Below, piece by piece: positions 1 to 8,245 of a stretch of DNA of 32,000 bases. The notes under the pieces were generated by a model, which saw only the letters and a program-made list of their open reading frames with translations, ran no database searches and was not told where the DNA came from. How positions within the stretch are numbered: the first letter of the stretch is position 1; each line of letters starts with the position of its first letter. The translations under genes were made by a program, and so were the position numbers. Origin of the DNA: Synechococcus elongatus PCC 6301 (GTDB lineage Bacteria; Cyanobacteriota; Cyanobacteriia; Synechococcales; Synechococcaceae); assembly GCF_000010065.1 (NCBI RefSeq), contig NC_006576.1:1350001-1382000 (forward strand). Direction: 5' to 3'.

Positions 1-882
1 GGCTACGACCTCTGCGGCATTTTTGTCGGTTCAGAGGGCACGCTCGGAATCGCCACCGAAGTGACGCTACGACTACAACCACTCCCGCAATCCGTTCAGG
101 TACTGCTTGCCGATTTCAGCAGCATTGAAGCAGCCGGGGCTGCTGTCTCGGGCATCATCGCAGCGGGAATTTTGCCGGCGGGTTTAGAGCTGATGGATAA
201 CTTCAGCATCAATGCCGTTGAAGATGTGGTGAAAAGTGATTGTTATCCCCGCGATGCGGCTGCCATTCTGCTAGCAGAGTTAGATGGTCGCGCTTCGGAA
301 GTTGCGCAGCAAATTCGCGATGTGGAAGCAGTTTGCCGACAACATGGAGCCCGATCGATCGCGATCGCAACGGATGCTGAAGATCGGCTACGACTTTGGA
401 AAGGACGTAAGGCTGCATTCGCTGCTGTCGGACGGATTAGCCCGAGTTACTACGTGCAAGACGGTGTAATTCCGCGATCGACACTGCCCTTTGTTCTGCA
501 TGAAATTGAGCAGTTAGGCCAAAAACATGGCTACCGTGTCGCCAACGTTTTCCATGCAGGTGATGGTAATTTACATCCGCTAATTCTCTACGATCGCAAT
601 GATCCAGGTGCTTTAGAGCGTGTTGAAGCCCTTGGGGGTGAAATCCTCAAGCTCTGTGTCAACGTTGGCGGCAGTATCTCGGGTGAGCATGGCATTGGTG
701 CCGATAAGCGCTGCTATATGCCCGCCATGTTCAGCTCCGAAGATCTTGAAACGATGCAATGGCTACGTCATGCCTTCGATCCGCTGGAACGCGCCAATCC
801 CACTAAGGTTTTCCCAACTCCCCGCACTTGTGGTGAACGAGGATCAGTTAATAGTATTCCAGTCGGAGTTGAGCTTTATTAA
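1..882 (+). CDS. glcD: FAD-linked glycolate oxidase/dehydrogenase subunit GlcD, C-terminal part (5' end lies outside the window)
   Basis: Frame 1 is open from base 1 (GYDLCGIFVGSEGTLGIATEV...) and runs into ORF-track 61..882. It has FAD-oxidase C-terminal hallmarks (HAGDGNLHP, SGEHGIGADK). Confidence 0.85.
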   Translation, partial: GYDLCGIFVGSEGTLGIATEVTLRLQPLPQSVQVLLADFSSIEAAGAAVSGIIAAGILPAGLELMDNFSINAVEDVVKSDCYPRDAAAILLAELDGRASEVAQQIRDVEAVCRQHGARSIAIATDAEDRLRLWKGRKAAFAAVGRISPSYYVQDGVIPRSTLPFVLHEIEQLGQKHGYRVANVFHAGDGNLHPLILYDRNDPGALERVEALGGEILKLCVNVGGSISGEHGIGADKRCYMPAMFSSEDLETMQWLRHAFDPLERANPTKVFPTPRTCGERGSVNSIPVGVELY

Positions 883-893
883 GAGCTGGAATT

Positions 894-1226
894 TCAGTCA
901 CGGTAGTCCATCACAATCAATGCCAAAAGCTGGGGAATATTAGACTTCACAACCTCCCAGATCAAAGCAAGATCAACTTGATTATAGTCATGAATTAGCT
1001 TGTCGCGCATCCCAGCTATCTGTTTCCAAGGAGTTTCAGGATTACTCTCCCGAAACTCGCGGGAGAGCCGCTTCACGACTTCTCCGATCACAGTGAGTTC
1101 ATATAAAGTAGCGAGATGAGTACGCTTATCTGCTAAAAATTCAGCTTGATCCATATCTTGAGTTAATTCAAGAATGGTTTGACAGGCATTAGCAATATCT
1201 AACAAGTAAGCTTGATCACGACTCAT
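894..1226 (-). CDS. hepT: HepT-type HEPN toxin (DUF86 family RNase), toxin of a HEPN/MNT type VII TA pair
   Basis: 110 aa with the Rx4HxY motif (RDKLIHDY). It overlaps the upstream MNT gene by 11 nt. The local DNA is AT-rich. Confidence 0.85.
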   Translation of the reverse strand: MSRDQAYLLDIANACQTILELTQDMDQAEFLADKRTHLATLYELTVIGEVVKRLSREFRESNPETPWKQIAGMRDKLIHDYNQVDLALIWEVVKSNIPQLLALIVMDYRD

Positions 1227-1554
1227 AAATAACTTGAGCTGTGCTCAAGATAGCTTCTCGACGAATCCAGTTCAAACTATTCTCAATCGCTTTCTTAGTG
1301 GTCAAGTCAACTTTGCGATGACATAAGTCTTCCAACTCATTTTCCATGCCAATAAGATCAAGCAGACTAACTCTAGCATCAGGCTGAAAAGCAACTAAGA
1401 GATCAATGTCACTGCCAGCATGAAAGTCATCACGCAATATAGAACCAAAAAGCGCGAGTTCACGGATAGCATAACGCTGACAAAACTCCGAGAGCTGATC
1501 AAAAGTAATTGCCAAGCGTTCTTGATGCTGAGGACTGAATGTCGTCGTTGTCAT
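1216..1554 (-). CDS. mntA: MntA-type minimal nucleotidyltransferase antitoxin
   Basis: 112 aa with the GSx10DxD nucleotidyltransferase motif (LFGSILRDDFHAGSDIDLLV). It lies directly upstream of hepT and overlaps it. Confidence 0.85.
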   Translation of the reverse strand: MTTTTFSPQHQERLAITFDQLSEFCQRYAIRELALFGSILRDDFHAGSDIDLLVAFQPDARVSLLDLIGMENELEDLCHRKVDLTTKKAIENSLNWIRREAILSTAQVIYES

Positions 1555-1591
1555 TGATAATTCACTTGATGCTTAGATAGAAACTTTTGCT

Positions 1592-2221
1592 TCAGTTTTC
1601 TGCAACAACCACCTTCTCTATTGCCTGATCTACTTGCTGAAAAGTGAAGGTGCGATCGCGGCTGTTATCAATCACGATATCGGCATGCTCACACTTTTGG
1701 GCAATCGGCCATTGTGCTGCAAGGCGTTGTTCCGCGGCTGCAGGGGTGAGGCGATCGCGATGGATCAAGCGATCGCGTTGTTGCTCCAGCGGGCAAGCGA
1801 CTACCCAAATTTGCTCGACCCAGTCCTGTAGACCGGCTTCAAACAGCAGTGGAATGACGAGGACAACGATCGGATCTGATTCAAGCTGTGCCAGGTCCCG
1901 CTCAAAGCAAGCGCGGATCGCCGGATGGGTTTGCTGTTCTAACCACTGCCGTTCAGCTGGATCCGCAAAGATGATTGACCCGAGTTTTTGGCGATCGAGC
2001 TGACCATCTGCCAGCAGGATAGATGCCCCATAGCGATCGCGAATCACTTGTAGAACCGGTGAACCGACAGCTACAACCTCACGGGCATAGCGATCGGCAT
2101 CCAGAATCGGTAACTGGTAGCGATCGCGCAGATAGTCCGCCACAGTCGATTTGCCAGTGGCAATTCCGCCCGTCAGGCCAATCCGTCGCCGGACAAAATT
2201 TACGTGGTTTGGCGCGCCCAT
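1592..2221 (-). CDS. coaE: Dephospho-CoA kinase
   Basis: The N-terminal P-loop IGLTGGIATGKSTV and the ~200 aa length are typical of CoaE. Confidence 0.9.
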   Translation of the reverse strand: MGAPNHVNFVRRRIGLTGGIATGKSTVADYLRDRYQLPILDADRYAREVVAVGSPVLQVIRDRYGASILLADGQLDRQKLGSIIFADPAERQWLEQQTHPAIRACFERDLAQLESDPIVVLVIPLLFEAGLQDWVEQIWVVACPLEQQRDRLIHRDRLTPAAAEQRLAAQWPIAQKCEHADIVIDNSRDRTFTFQQVDQAIEKVVVAEN

Positions 2222-2994
2222 TGTTCGATCGCCAACAATAGGCCGTCCAAAGTGTACTCCTGTGCCTCAACTTCGACGCGACCCAAGAGTTCCTGACAGG
2301 TGATCGAAGTCTGGGGACCGATGGAAGCGATCGCCACACCCGAGATGCGGGCTGACCAGTCCACGCCGAGATTCGACGCCATCAACTGACAGAAGTTGCG
2401 CACCGTTTTGGAACTGGTGAAGCTAATCAAGTTCAAATGCGCCTGCCGCAAGGCAATCAAGGCATCATCGGGAATCTGACTGGGACATCGCGACTCGTAG
2501 GCGGGCACTTCCACCACGATCGCACCTTGCGACTGCAGGGCTTGAGTAATCTGCTCACGGCCGCCGGTTTCAACGCGTGGGAAAAGCAATCGTTGACCGG
2601 CAACAGGCTGAGGAAAATGTTCAACCAACGACTCAGCAATAAATTCCGGCGGGATGTAATCTGCCTTACCACCTTGAGCAGCGAGAACTTGAGCGGTTTT
2701 CTGACCGACAACCGCGATCGCGCAGGGAACATCGCTCCAGCTTTTTTGCTGTGCAGCTAACCGCTGTTGCACGGCTTCAACGGCATTGGCGGAGGCCAAA
2801 ATCAGCCAATCAAAGTCTGCGATCGCCGCGATCGCCTCATCTAGAGGCAGCCAAGAGCTAGGCGGCCCGATTTCTAGGGTCGGCATCTCGATCACGGCTG
2901 CGCCAGCGGCCCGCAGTTGTGCGGCAAAGGGCGAAGATTGCCCCGCGGCTCGCGTCGTCAAAATGGTTTTACCGATCAGCGGCTGCTCAGCCAT
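2200..2994 (-). CDS. hemD: Uroporphyrinogen-III synthase
   Basis: HemD-like two-lobed sequence (GKTILTTRAAGQ..., SFTSSKTVRNF). I chose the internal ATG at 2994 (MAEQPLIG...), which overlaps the cobA stop as ATGGCTGA. The ORF-track start at 3042 would add 16 poorly supported residues. Confidence 0.8.
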   Translation of the reverse strand: MAEQPLIGKTILTTRAAGQSSPFAAQLRAAGAAVIEMPTLEIGPPSSWLPLDEAIAAIADFDWLILASANAVEAVQQRLAAQQKSWSDVPCAIAVVGQKTAQVLAAQGGKADYIPPEFIAESLVEHFPQPVAGQRLLFPRVETGGREQITQALQSQGAIVVEVPAYESRCPSQIPDDALIALRQAHLNLISFTSSKTVRNFCQLMASNLGVDWSARISGVAIASIGPQTSITCQELLGRVEVEAQEYTLDGLLLAIEQWARQTT

Positions 2995-3718
2995 CGTAAC
3001 GGTAGTGCGCCCAGTACTTTCGCAACCGTACCACCTCGCCAATCACAATTACGCAGGGCGATAACGGCTGATCGCCCCACTGCTGCGCCATGCGGCTGAG
3101 GCTACTTTCCAAAACGGTCTGCTGTGGATGTCCGGCCCACTGAATCAGCGCCACAGGACTATCCGGCGATCGCCCATGCCGAATCAGCTCGTGGCCAATC
3201 GTCAGCAAGTGGCGACTACCCATCAGCAGAATCAGCGTTTCCAGTTGCGCCAGCGCTTCCCAATTCAACGCGTCTGGCTCATGGACGGTGTAAACCGCAA
3301 AGCCACGGCTCAGCACCGGATCGGTAATCGGAATGCCCGCCAACAGTGGAGCCGCTAAAGCGGTCGAAAGCCCGGGCAGGACAGCATAATCACAGCCCGA
3401 TCGCTCCAGCGCATCCAATTCACTGGCAGCGCGACCAAAGACAAAGGGATCGCCACTTTTGAGGCGGATGACTTTGCGCCCTTGCTGGCAGTGCTCGACC
3501 AGTAGTTGATTGATAGTGGCTTGCGGCGTACTCTCCGCGCCACCGCGTTTACCCACGGCAATGCGATCGCAATTAGCTGGCACTAAGTCGAGAATTCGGG
3601 GGTCGATCAGCGCGTCGTAGATCAACACCTCTGCTGACTGCAAACATTGCTGTGCCTGCAGCGTCAGATATTCAGGGTCGCCCGGCCCAGCGCCGACGAG
3701 ATAGACTTTGCCCGTCAT
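2987..3718 (-). CDS. cobA: Uroporphyrin-III C-methyltransferase (SUMT)
   Basis: VYLVGAGPGDPEYLTL near the N-terminus and the GDPFVFGR motif; 243 aa. Confidence 0.9.
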   Translation of the reverse strand: MTGKVYLVGAGPGDPEYLTLQAQQCLQSAEVLIYDALIDPRILDLVPANCDRIAVGKRGGAESTPQATINQLLVEHCQQGRKVIRLKSGDPFVFGRAASELDALERSGCDYAVLPGLSTALAAPLLAGIPITDPVLSRGFAVYTVHEPDALNWEALAQLETLILLMGSRHLLTIGHELIRHGRSPDSPVALIQWAGHPQQTVLESSLSRMAQQWGDQPLSPCVIVIGEVVRLRKYWAHYRYDG

Positions 3719-4908
3719 AGCCGAATTCCCATGGCTTGCAGCCGCAGTTCTAGCCGTTGCGCCTCTGGTGAGCCCTGCTGCTCATAGCCCGCGATCGCCT
3801 GTCGAAAGGCTGCGTAACTGGCTTCCAGTTGTCCGACCTGGAAGAGGACAGCACCCAAATTTTGGTAGAGGCTGGGATCGTTGGGATCGAGCTGGAGTGC
3901 CTGCTGATAGGCAGCGATCGCCTCCGGATAGTTACCGATTGCGCGAGCTGCGAGTCCCAAAGCGGTTAAGGCAACCGTGGCTTGCGGAGCAGCGGCCACA
4001 GCCTGACGTGCTGCATCATAGGCCAGCCCCAGCTGCCCACGATCGCGGTAGAGATGCGAAAGGTTAACCCAAGCGCCAAGCTTGTGAATTGCGTCCACTG
4101 GCTCTTGCAGAGCCGCTTGATAGCGATCGATCGCCGCATCCAAATCACCCTGCCGCCGTTCCAACAGCGCCAAGTGATAGAGCAACTCATAGCGAACGGC
4201 CGGTTCTGGACGCCCCTGCTTCAGTCCTTGTTTAAGCCAGCGTTGTGCTGCTTTCAAATCTCCTTCTTGAACAAGCAACCCGCCCAGCTTGCTGCAGAGG
4301 TAGGCATCTTCGGGATGATCGGCCAGCCATGTTTCGAGACTTTGCCGCATCCGTTCTGCCGTACCCCGCTGTTGCAGGCGATCGCGGCCATAGCCGTAGT
4401 GCCGAATCACCGGTGTCGGCCAAGCCGTAATCCGCCAGTTGGGTTCCTGTTGTTGCAGGGCAAGGAGGCTGTCATCGACCAACTCGTGATAAGGCCGCTG
4501 GAAACGAATGTCGGGTCGATTGCGAAACAATCGCGACAGCCGCGAGTAGGGCACTTGTCCTGCTTGGGTTTCTTCGCGCAGAACCGTAAAGGCGAGGGCT
4601 TCGGGTTGATCCAGTTGCGATCGCAATTCTGTCCAAGCTTCTAGGATCAGTTCCTCATCAGCATCCAGCACTAAAATCCAGTCGCCCGTTGCTGCAGCAA
4701 TCGCCTGATTCCGCGCTGCGGAGAAGTCGTCAGCCCAATCGGTGTGGAGCAACTTGGCACCGGCTTCCGTGGCAATTGCTGGCGTGCGATCGCGGGAACC
4801 CGTATCCAGCACAATCAGCTCATCGACCTGGTCTTTCACCGAAGCCAGACAGCGGGGCAGCAATTCCGCCTCATCGCGAACGATCATGCAAAGGCTGACT
4901 TGGGCCAT
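3715..4908 (-). CDS. Family 2 glycosyltransferase fused to C-terminal TPR repeats
   Basis: The N-terminus has a GT2 signature (VSLCMIVRDEAELLPRCLASV...LDTGSRDRT...DADE). The C-terminal half is TPR-like (repeated A..Y..AL...P). The ATG at 4908 has GGAG 5 nt upstream; the ORF-track start at 4926 is the alternative. Confidence 0.8.
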   Translation of the reverse strand: MAQVSLCMIVRDEAELLPRCLASVKDQVDELIVLDTGSRDRTPAIATEAGAKLLHTDWADDFSAARNQAIAAATGDWILVLDADEELILEAWTELRSQLDQPEALAFTVLREETQAGQVPYSRLSRLFRNRPDIRFQRPYHELVDDSLLALQQQEPNWRITAWPTPVIRHYGYGRDRLQQRGTAERMRQSLETWLADHPEDAYLCSKLGGLLVQEGDLKAAQRWLKQGLKQGRPEPAVRYELLYHLALLERRQGDLDAAIDRYQAALQEPVDAIHKLGAWVNLSHLYRDRGQLGLAYDAARQAVAAAPQATVALTALGLAARAIGNYPEAIAAYQQALQLDPNDPSLYQNLGAVLFQVGQLEASYAAFRQAIAGYEQQGSPEAQRLELRLQAMGIRL

Positions 4909-5025
4909 TGCCGCTCCGAGGAACATCTAGGATTACCTTACGGTGAGATGCTCAGTGACTCCAGCCCTAGACAGGTTGCGATCGCGAACTCACAGGAATC
5001 TCGTAGTGAAGGAGTCCCCAAGCGA

Positions 5026-5907
5026 ATGGCAGTCTGGCAGTGGCGAGGACAGGCGATTCGCTATCAGCAATTTGGCAGCGCAGGAGCGCCAGTTCTGCTG
5101 ATTCATGGCTTTGGTGCCAGCAGTGACCATTGGCGGCAGAACAGTCCGGTTTTGGCGGAGCAACAGCGGGTCTTTGCAATTGACCTACTCGGTTTTGGAG
5201 GTTCCGCCAAGCCCCAGCCCAGTCAGGACTTGCCCTATCGGTTTGAAACTTGGTCGGCCCAGGTTCGCGACTTTATCCGCGAGGTAATTGGGGAACCAGC
5301 CGATTTGGTAGGCAATTCGATCGGCTGTGTGGTGGCGCTGCAAGCCGCTGTCGATGAACCTGCGCTCGTGCGATCGCTCGCGCTCTTGGATTGCTCCCTG
5401 CGTCTCCTACACGAGCGTTATCTGGCGCAGTCCGCCTGGCCGCGCCGTTTTGGGGTGCCAATTTTCCAGCAACTCCTCGCTTGGAAGCCGTTCGGAGGCT
5501 TCTTCTTCCAACGCTTGGCTCAACCGCGATCGCTGCGTCGGATTTTGCAGCAGGCCTACGCCGACAAAACCGCCGTCACTGATGAGTTGATTGAGCTGTT
5601 ACTCGCTCCCGCCCGTGATCCGGGTGCGGTGGATGTTTTCCTAGCGTTTGTCACCTATTCCCAAGGGCCGCTACCGCAGGATTTGCTGCCGTTGGTCACT
5701 TGCCCAACGTTGATTCTCTGGGGAGAAGCGGACCCGTGGGAGCCGATCGCCCAAGGACGGGAGCTGGCAAACTATCCTGCCGTGCGTGAATTTATTGCGC
5801 TACCGGGCGTTGGGCATTGCCCGATGGATGAAGCCCCCGATCAGGTCAATCCGATCCTGCAACGCTGGTTGCAAACCGCAGCCAACCCGGCCCCTGCAAT
5901 TCCCTAA
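5026..5907 (+). CDS. Alpha/beta-fold hydrolase
   Basis: HGFGAS oxyanion region, nucleophile elbow GNSIG, and C-terminal GHCPMDE catalytic His region. I chose the start at MAVWQW (5026); the alternative ATG is at 4948. The ORF-track start at 4744 runs into the divergent GT gene. Confidence 0.8.
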   Translation: MAVWQWRGQAIRYQQFGSAGAPVLLIHGFGASSDHWRQNSPVLAEQQRVFAIDLLGFGGSAKPQPSQDLPYRFETWSAQVRDFIREVIGEPADLVGNSIGCVVALQAAVDEPALVRSLALLDCSLRLLHERYLAQSAWPRRFGVPIFQQLLAWKPFGGFFFQRLAQPRSLRRILQQAYADKTAVTDELIELLLAPARDPGAVDVFLAFVTYSQGPLPQDLLPLVTCPTLILWGEADPWEPIAQGRELANYPAVREFIALPGVGHCPMDEAPDQVNPILQRWLQTAANPAPAIP

Positions 5908-5918
5908 CTCAACTCCCA

Positions 5919-6401
5919 ATGGATGCTGCAATGAGTCTTCAGCCTTGGCAAATGCCTGAGATTCAAGACTGGACCCAGATTCTGCTGGATAGCTATGAGC
6001 AGGGTCTAGGGCGATCGCTGATTCCTCGCAATACTGATCGCCTAGAAGAGGCAGAAGCCCTGTTCAAGGTGCCTTTCGTGGTGGTATCGCACAACGGCGC
6101 GGCCGATCCGCTGCTCAACTATGGCAACCAGACCGCGTTGGATCTCTGGGAGCTGGAATGGTCACAATTTTGTGGGCTGCCCTCGCGCTTGACAGCCGAA
6201 CCCGATCAACGAGAAACGCGATCGCAAATGCTGAGTGACGCGCTAGCTAAGGGCTATATCGACAACTACAGTGGCATCCGCATCAGTAGCCAAGGCCGCC
6301 GCTTCCGTATCGATCGCGCCACTATCTGGACGCTCCGTCAGCCCGATGGACAACCCTGCGGTCAAGCTGCAACGTTTACGGAGTGGTATTTCCTCGACTA
6401 G
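5919..6401 (+). CDS. MEKHLA-domain (PAS-like) protein
   Basis: 160 aa. The pattern LLNYGNQTALDLWE...GIRISSQGRRFRIDRATIWTL matches my recollection of the MEKHLA domain shared with plant HD-ZIP III C-termini. Confidence 0.65.
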   Translation: MDAAMSLQPWQMPEIQDWTQILLDSYEQGLGRSLIPRNTDRLEEAEALFKVPFVVVSHNGAADPLLNYGNQTALDLWELEWSQFCGLPSRLTAEPDQRETRSQMLSDALAKGYIDNYSGIRISSQGRRFRIDRATIWTLRQPDGQPCGQAATFTEWYFLD

Positions 6402-7126
6402 CCGAGAGGCTTCTGGCTGGGCAACCCCACCATGCGCGGATAGGCTGCCGGCGTCTGCGCCGTTTTCTGGAGGGTGATGCAGTGTCGCTCGGCACCGCTC
6501 TCCGGCAGGAAGGTAGCCGACACATCCACTACTTCACCACCAAGGATGGTAACCGCCCGATCGAGGGCGATCGCTTCTTCCTCCGTCCATTGCCCACGAT
6601 AGAGCACGGCTTTGCCGCCGATCTTGAGCAAGGGAAGACAGTATTCAGCGCAAACCGTCGCAGGGCCCACAGCTCGAATCGTGGCCCAGTCGTAGCGCGC
6701 CCGTTGCCGACGATCGCGCCCCCACTCTTCTGCTCGTCCTACCGCTACTGTCACATTCGACAACCCCAGCTCTTGCGCCAAGGTTTGCAAAAACTGAATC
6801 TTTTTACGGGTGGAATCGAGCAGCATCACCCGACTCTTGGTCAAAGCGATCGCAGCAGGCAGTCCTGGGAAACCTCCACCGGTACCGATGTCGATGATCT
6901 CGCCGCTCCAATCATCGGTGAGCAAAGGACGCAGGCCATACAGCGAGTCCCAGAGATGCTTTTCAGTAAACTCAGCCGGATCAGTGATGCGCGTTAAATT
7001 CAGCCGCTGATTGCCTGCAATGATGCCGTGGTAGAGCGCTTCAAACTGCTGCTGTTGCTGTGGTGAGGGCTGCCACCCCAAGGTCTCAGTCCAATTTCGA
7101 ACATCCAGGGCAAATCCAGAGGTCAC
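6398..7126 (-). CDS. rsmG: 16S rRNA (guanine527-N7)-methyltransferase RsmG/GidB
   Basis: SAM-binding IIDIGTGGGFPGLPAAIA and the typical N-terminal QQQQFEALY...NLTRI region. Confidence 0.9.
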   Translation of the reverse strand: MTSGFALDVRNWTETLGWQPSPQQQQQFEALYHGIIAGNQRLNLTRITDPAEFTEKHLWDSLYGLRPLLTDDWSGEIIDIGTGGGFPGLPAAIALTKSRVMLLDSTRKKIQFLQTLAQELGLSNVTVAVGRAEEWGRDRRQRARYDWATIRAVGPATVCAEYCLPLLKIGGKAVLYRGQWTEEEAIALDRAVTILGGEVVDVSATFLPESGAERHCITLQKTAQTPAAYPRMVGLPSQKPLG

Positions 7127-7246
7127 AAGCAGGAGCCACGCAATGCCTTCACTCTACGGCGATCGCTCATTCCCTTCCAAGCCAGCGATCGTTCGCATGA
7201 GTGATGGATCGCCGGCTGGAGGGGGGTTCTGGTCCCAGTCTTAAGA

Positions 7247-7384
7247 TTAGGCAGAGTGGGTTGGAGGCTCACTGTAGGGCTGTACGCCAATCTCTGGAAT
7301 TTCTTCAGCTGGAGTAAAAAATCTGCCTGCAGCTTCCGACAGGAAGTGAATGACAGACTTGAGGGCCGCTTTGACTTTACGCAT
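7247..7384 (-). CDS. Candidate small protein, 45 aa (MRKVKAALKSVIHFLSEAAGRFFTPAEEIPEIGVQPYSEPPTHSA)
   Basis: ATG at 7384 preceded by GGAGGTGA (GGAGG ends 9 nt before the ATG), with a TAA stop at 7247-7249. It is below the ORF-track length cut-off and was translated by hand. No homology evidence is available to me. Confidence 0.35.
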   Translation of the reverse strand: MRKVKAALKSVIHFLSEAAGRFFTPAEEIPEIGVQPYSEPPTHSA

Positions 7385-7687
7385 AACCGCTCACCTCCGA
7401 GAGTGAGAGTGATTTGAGCCAGAACTAACAGGTTTACCCCAAGATCCCCGCTCACTTTACAAATCGGAGATGATCCGTGATCAGAGGGGGATAGAGGCTC
7501 ACTTCCAGATTAGATTCTGTCTCTCAATCTCGTGGGGATCGCCTATCTTTCTTCATAGAAATCTTTATCGACAGCCCTGACTGCAAGGCGCGATCGCCCG
7601 ACATTTAGGGCAGAAGCCGTTAAAATACAGGCTGTTTCATTGCAGCACTACCCCTGCGTGTCTGCCTCTCCTTCTGCTGACTCTGCA

Positions 7688-8245
7688 ATGGTAACCAGTC
7701 CAGACTATTACGCACGTCTTCGCATTCCTTCCAGTGCCAGCGATCGCGATATTCGGCAGGCCTATCGTGAGCTGAGTAAGCAGTACCATCCCGACACGAC
7801 CACACTGCCTTTGCCAGCAGCACTGCAAGAATTCCAAAAGCTGCAAGAGGCCTACGCCGTCCTTAGTGATCCCGAGCGCCGCCGACTCTACGACTTTCAG
7901 CTCGAGCAACACCGCTGGACGACATCCCGTGCTGCTGCCCTGCCCAACCCCAGTCCTCGCCAGCCACGGGTGGCCACAGTCACTAGTGATCGTGAGCGCA
8001 CCCTCTCAGCAGGAGAAATTTTCGCTCTGTTTTTGCTGTCGCTGACCGTTGTCGGCTGTCTCGTGCTCACCATTGGCTTAGGACTCCTGCGGGGTGAGCA
8101 GCTACTGCAAACGCCCAGTTGGTTCCAAGTCACCACTCCCGCAGCCGATGTTCAGGCGATCGCCCTGCCCGACTCCGAGCCTGCCGCGATCGAAACGCCC
8201 GCTCTTCTCGCCCCCACTAGCAATGACAACCCTGCCGCTTCCTGA
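7688..8245 (+). CDS. Membrane-anchored DnaJ (J-domain) protein
   Basis: J-domain DYYARLRIPSSASDRDIRQAYRELSKQYHPD, and one predicted TM helix (IFALFLLSLTVVGCLVLTIGLGLL). I prefer the ATG at 7688; the ORF-track start at 7640 is a TTG. Confidence 0.8.
   Translation: MVTSPDYYARLRIPSSASDRDIRQAYRELSKQYHPDTTTLPLPAALQEFQKLQEAYAVLSDPERRRLYDFQLEQHRWTTSRAAALPNPSPRQPRVATVTSDRERTLSAGEIFALFLLSLTVVGCLVLTIGLGLLRGEQLLQTPSWFQVTTPAADVQAIALPDSEPAAIETPALLAPTSNDNPAAS

Noticed and set aside
3966-4644. ORFs overlapping the TPR glycosyltransferase gene: a 220-aa plus-strand ORF (3982..4644) on the antisense strand and a 74-aa minus-strand ORF (3966..4190) in a different frame
   Set aside because: Both lie within a gene that has clear GT2 and TPR signatures. 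Their translations have no recognisable features.
4744-5025. N-terminal extension of the alpha/beta hydrolase ORF back to 4744
   Set aside because: It would overlap the divergently transcribed glycosyltransferase gene by more than 160 nt. The hydrolase fold begins only after the Met at 5026.
6383-6997. 204-aa plus-strand ORF antisense to rsmG
   Set aside because: rsmG carries a clear SAM-MTase motif in the opposite frame, and this ORF also overlaps the MEKHLA gene's end.
7123-7455. 110-aa minus-strand ORF from the ORF track in the rsmG upstream region
   Set aside because: It has no RBS, an unconvincing composition, and it overlaps the rsmG start. The 45-codon ORF in another frame, which has a strong SD, explains the region better.
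7470-7580. 36-codon plus-strand ORF (MIRDQRGIEAHF...) in the same intergenic region
   Set aside because: The GGAG abuts the ATG with no spacing, and the peptide has no coherent character.
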